Positions 26,508 through 27,225 of a DNA stretch of 27,225 nucleotides are shown piece after piece. Origin of the DNA: Myxococcota bacterium (GTDB lineage: Bacteria; Myxococcota_A; UBA9160; UBA4427); contig JAYZFK010000087.1 in NCBI GenBank assembly GCA_036336835.1, positions 1 through 27,225 on the forward strand. Reading direction: 5' to 3'. Positions within the stretch are counted from its first letter, which is position 1, and every line of letters begins with the position of its first letter. Under the pieces are notes generated by a model. The model made no database searches, was not told the origin of the DNA, and saw nothing but the letters and a program-made list of their open reading frames with translations. The position numbers were made by a program, and so were the translations under genes.

Positions 26508-27225
26508 CTGTCGTCTCCCAGGCGAAGCACGGCCAGGAAGGCCTCCTGCGGGATCTCGACCGATCCGACCTTCTTCATGCGGCGCTTCCCCTCCTTCTGC
26601 TTCTCCAACAGCTTGCGCTTGCGCGTGATGTCGCCACCGTAACACTTGGCAGTGACGTTCTTGCGCAGCGCCTTGACGGACGTTCGCGCGATCACACGCG
26701 TTCCGACGGCGGCCTGGATAGCGACCTGGAACATTTGACGCGGGATGAACTCCTTGAGCTTGCGAGTGAGCCGGGCGCCCGCTGACTGCGCATTTGTACG
26801 TTACACGCTCAGAGACAATGCGTCGACCTTGTCCCCGTTAACGAGGATATCGAGCTTTACGAGATCCGCGGGCTCGTAGCCGGTCCAATCGTAGTCGAAC
26901 GAGCCGTAGCCGCGCGTCGCGCTCTTCAGCCTGTCGTGGAAGTCGGTCACGATCTCGGCAAGCGGCAACTGGTACCGGATCTGCACACGATTTCCATGCA
27001 CCTCGAGGTCCTTCTGGGCGCCGCGACGTTCCTGGCACAGCGCCAAAACGGCGCCGACGTAATCGCTCGGAACATGAATCGTCGCGAGCACCATCGGCTC
27101 CTCGATCCGCTCTCGTTCGTCTGGCAGCGCCGCGGGGCTCTCGATCTCGAACGGGGGCGCCCCCCCCTTCGGCACCACCCGGTAGCGGACAGTTGGGGCC
27201 GTGCTGATCAGGTCGAGCGCATACT
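26504..27225 (-). CDS. lepA: Elongation factor 4 (LepA), C-terminal part; cut by the window edge and interrupted by an in-frame TAA at 26803-26801
   Basis: [44 protein letters not shown] and [21 protein letters not shown]. The two track ORFs (26801-27178 and 26504-26734) are in the same frame, separated by one stop. Confidence 0.93.

Noticed and set aside
1..27225. CRISPR arrays, tRNA/rRNA, IS or integrase genes; abundant CTCGAG/TCGA/GATC words
   Set aside because: No spaced repeats, structural RNA genes or transposase motifs were seen. The frequent words reflect CTC-GAG, GTC-GAC and ATC codon usage.

Overview
A high-GC bacterial chromosomal segment of mostly housekeeping genes, nearly all on the minus strand. 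Gene content and order resemble Myxococcota/deltaproteobacteria; this is an inference. Reading the minus strand from right to left: lepA (cut by the window edge, with an in-frame TAA), lepB, a pyrR-pyrB-pyrC-carA-carB operon, recG, archaeal-type IMP cyclohydrolase purO, leuA, an APC permease, alaC-hom-thrC-ribE, and a ketosteroid-isomerase-like NTF2 protein. These are followed by a translationally coupled trio: an Nma111/Deg7-like tandem HtrA protease, a LolA-like protein and an FtsX/LolE-type ABC permease. Two genes lie on the plus strand: an SDR and a ThDP enzyme. Two RNA control elements are missing from the ORF track. One is a Leu-rich leader-peptide attenuator upstream of leuA. The other is a PyrR-binding hairpin that sequesters the Shine-Dalgarno sequence of a probable CTG-initiated pyrR. 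Several enzymes belong to subfamilies best known from other domains of life: fungal/plant Nma111/Deg7, plant SAM-activated threonine synthase and archaeal PurO. No rRNA, tRNA, CRISPR array or mobile element was seen. All family assignments come from motif recognition by eye, not from database searches.
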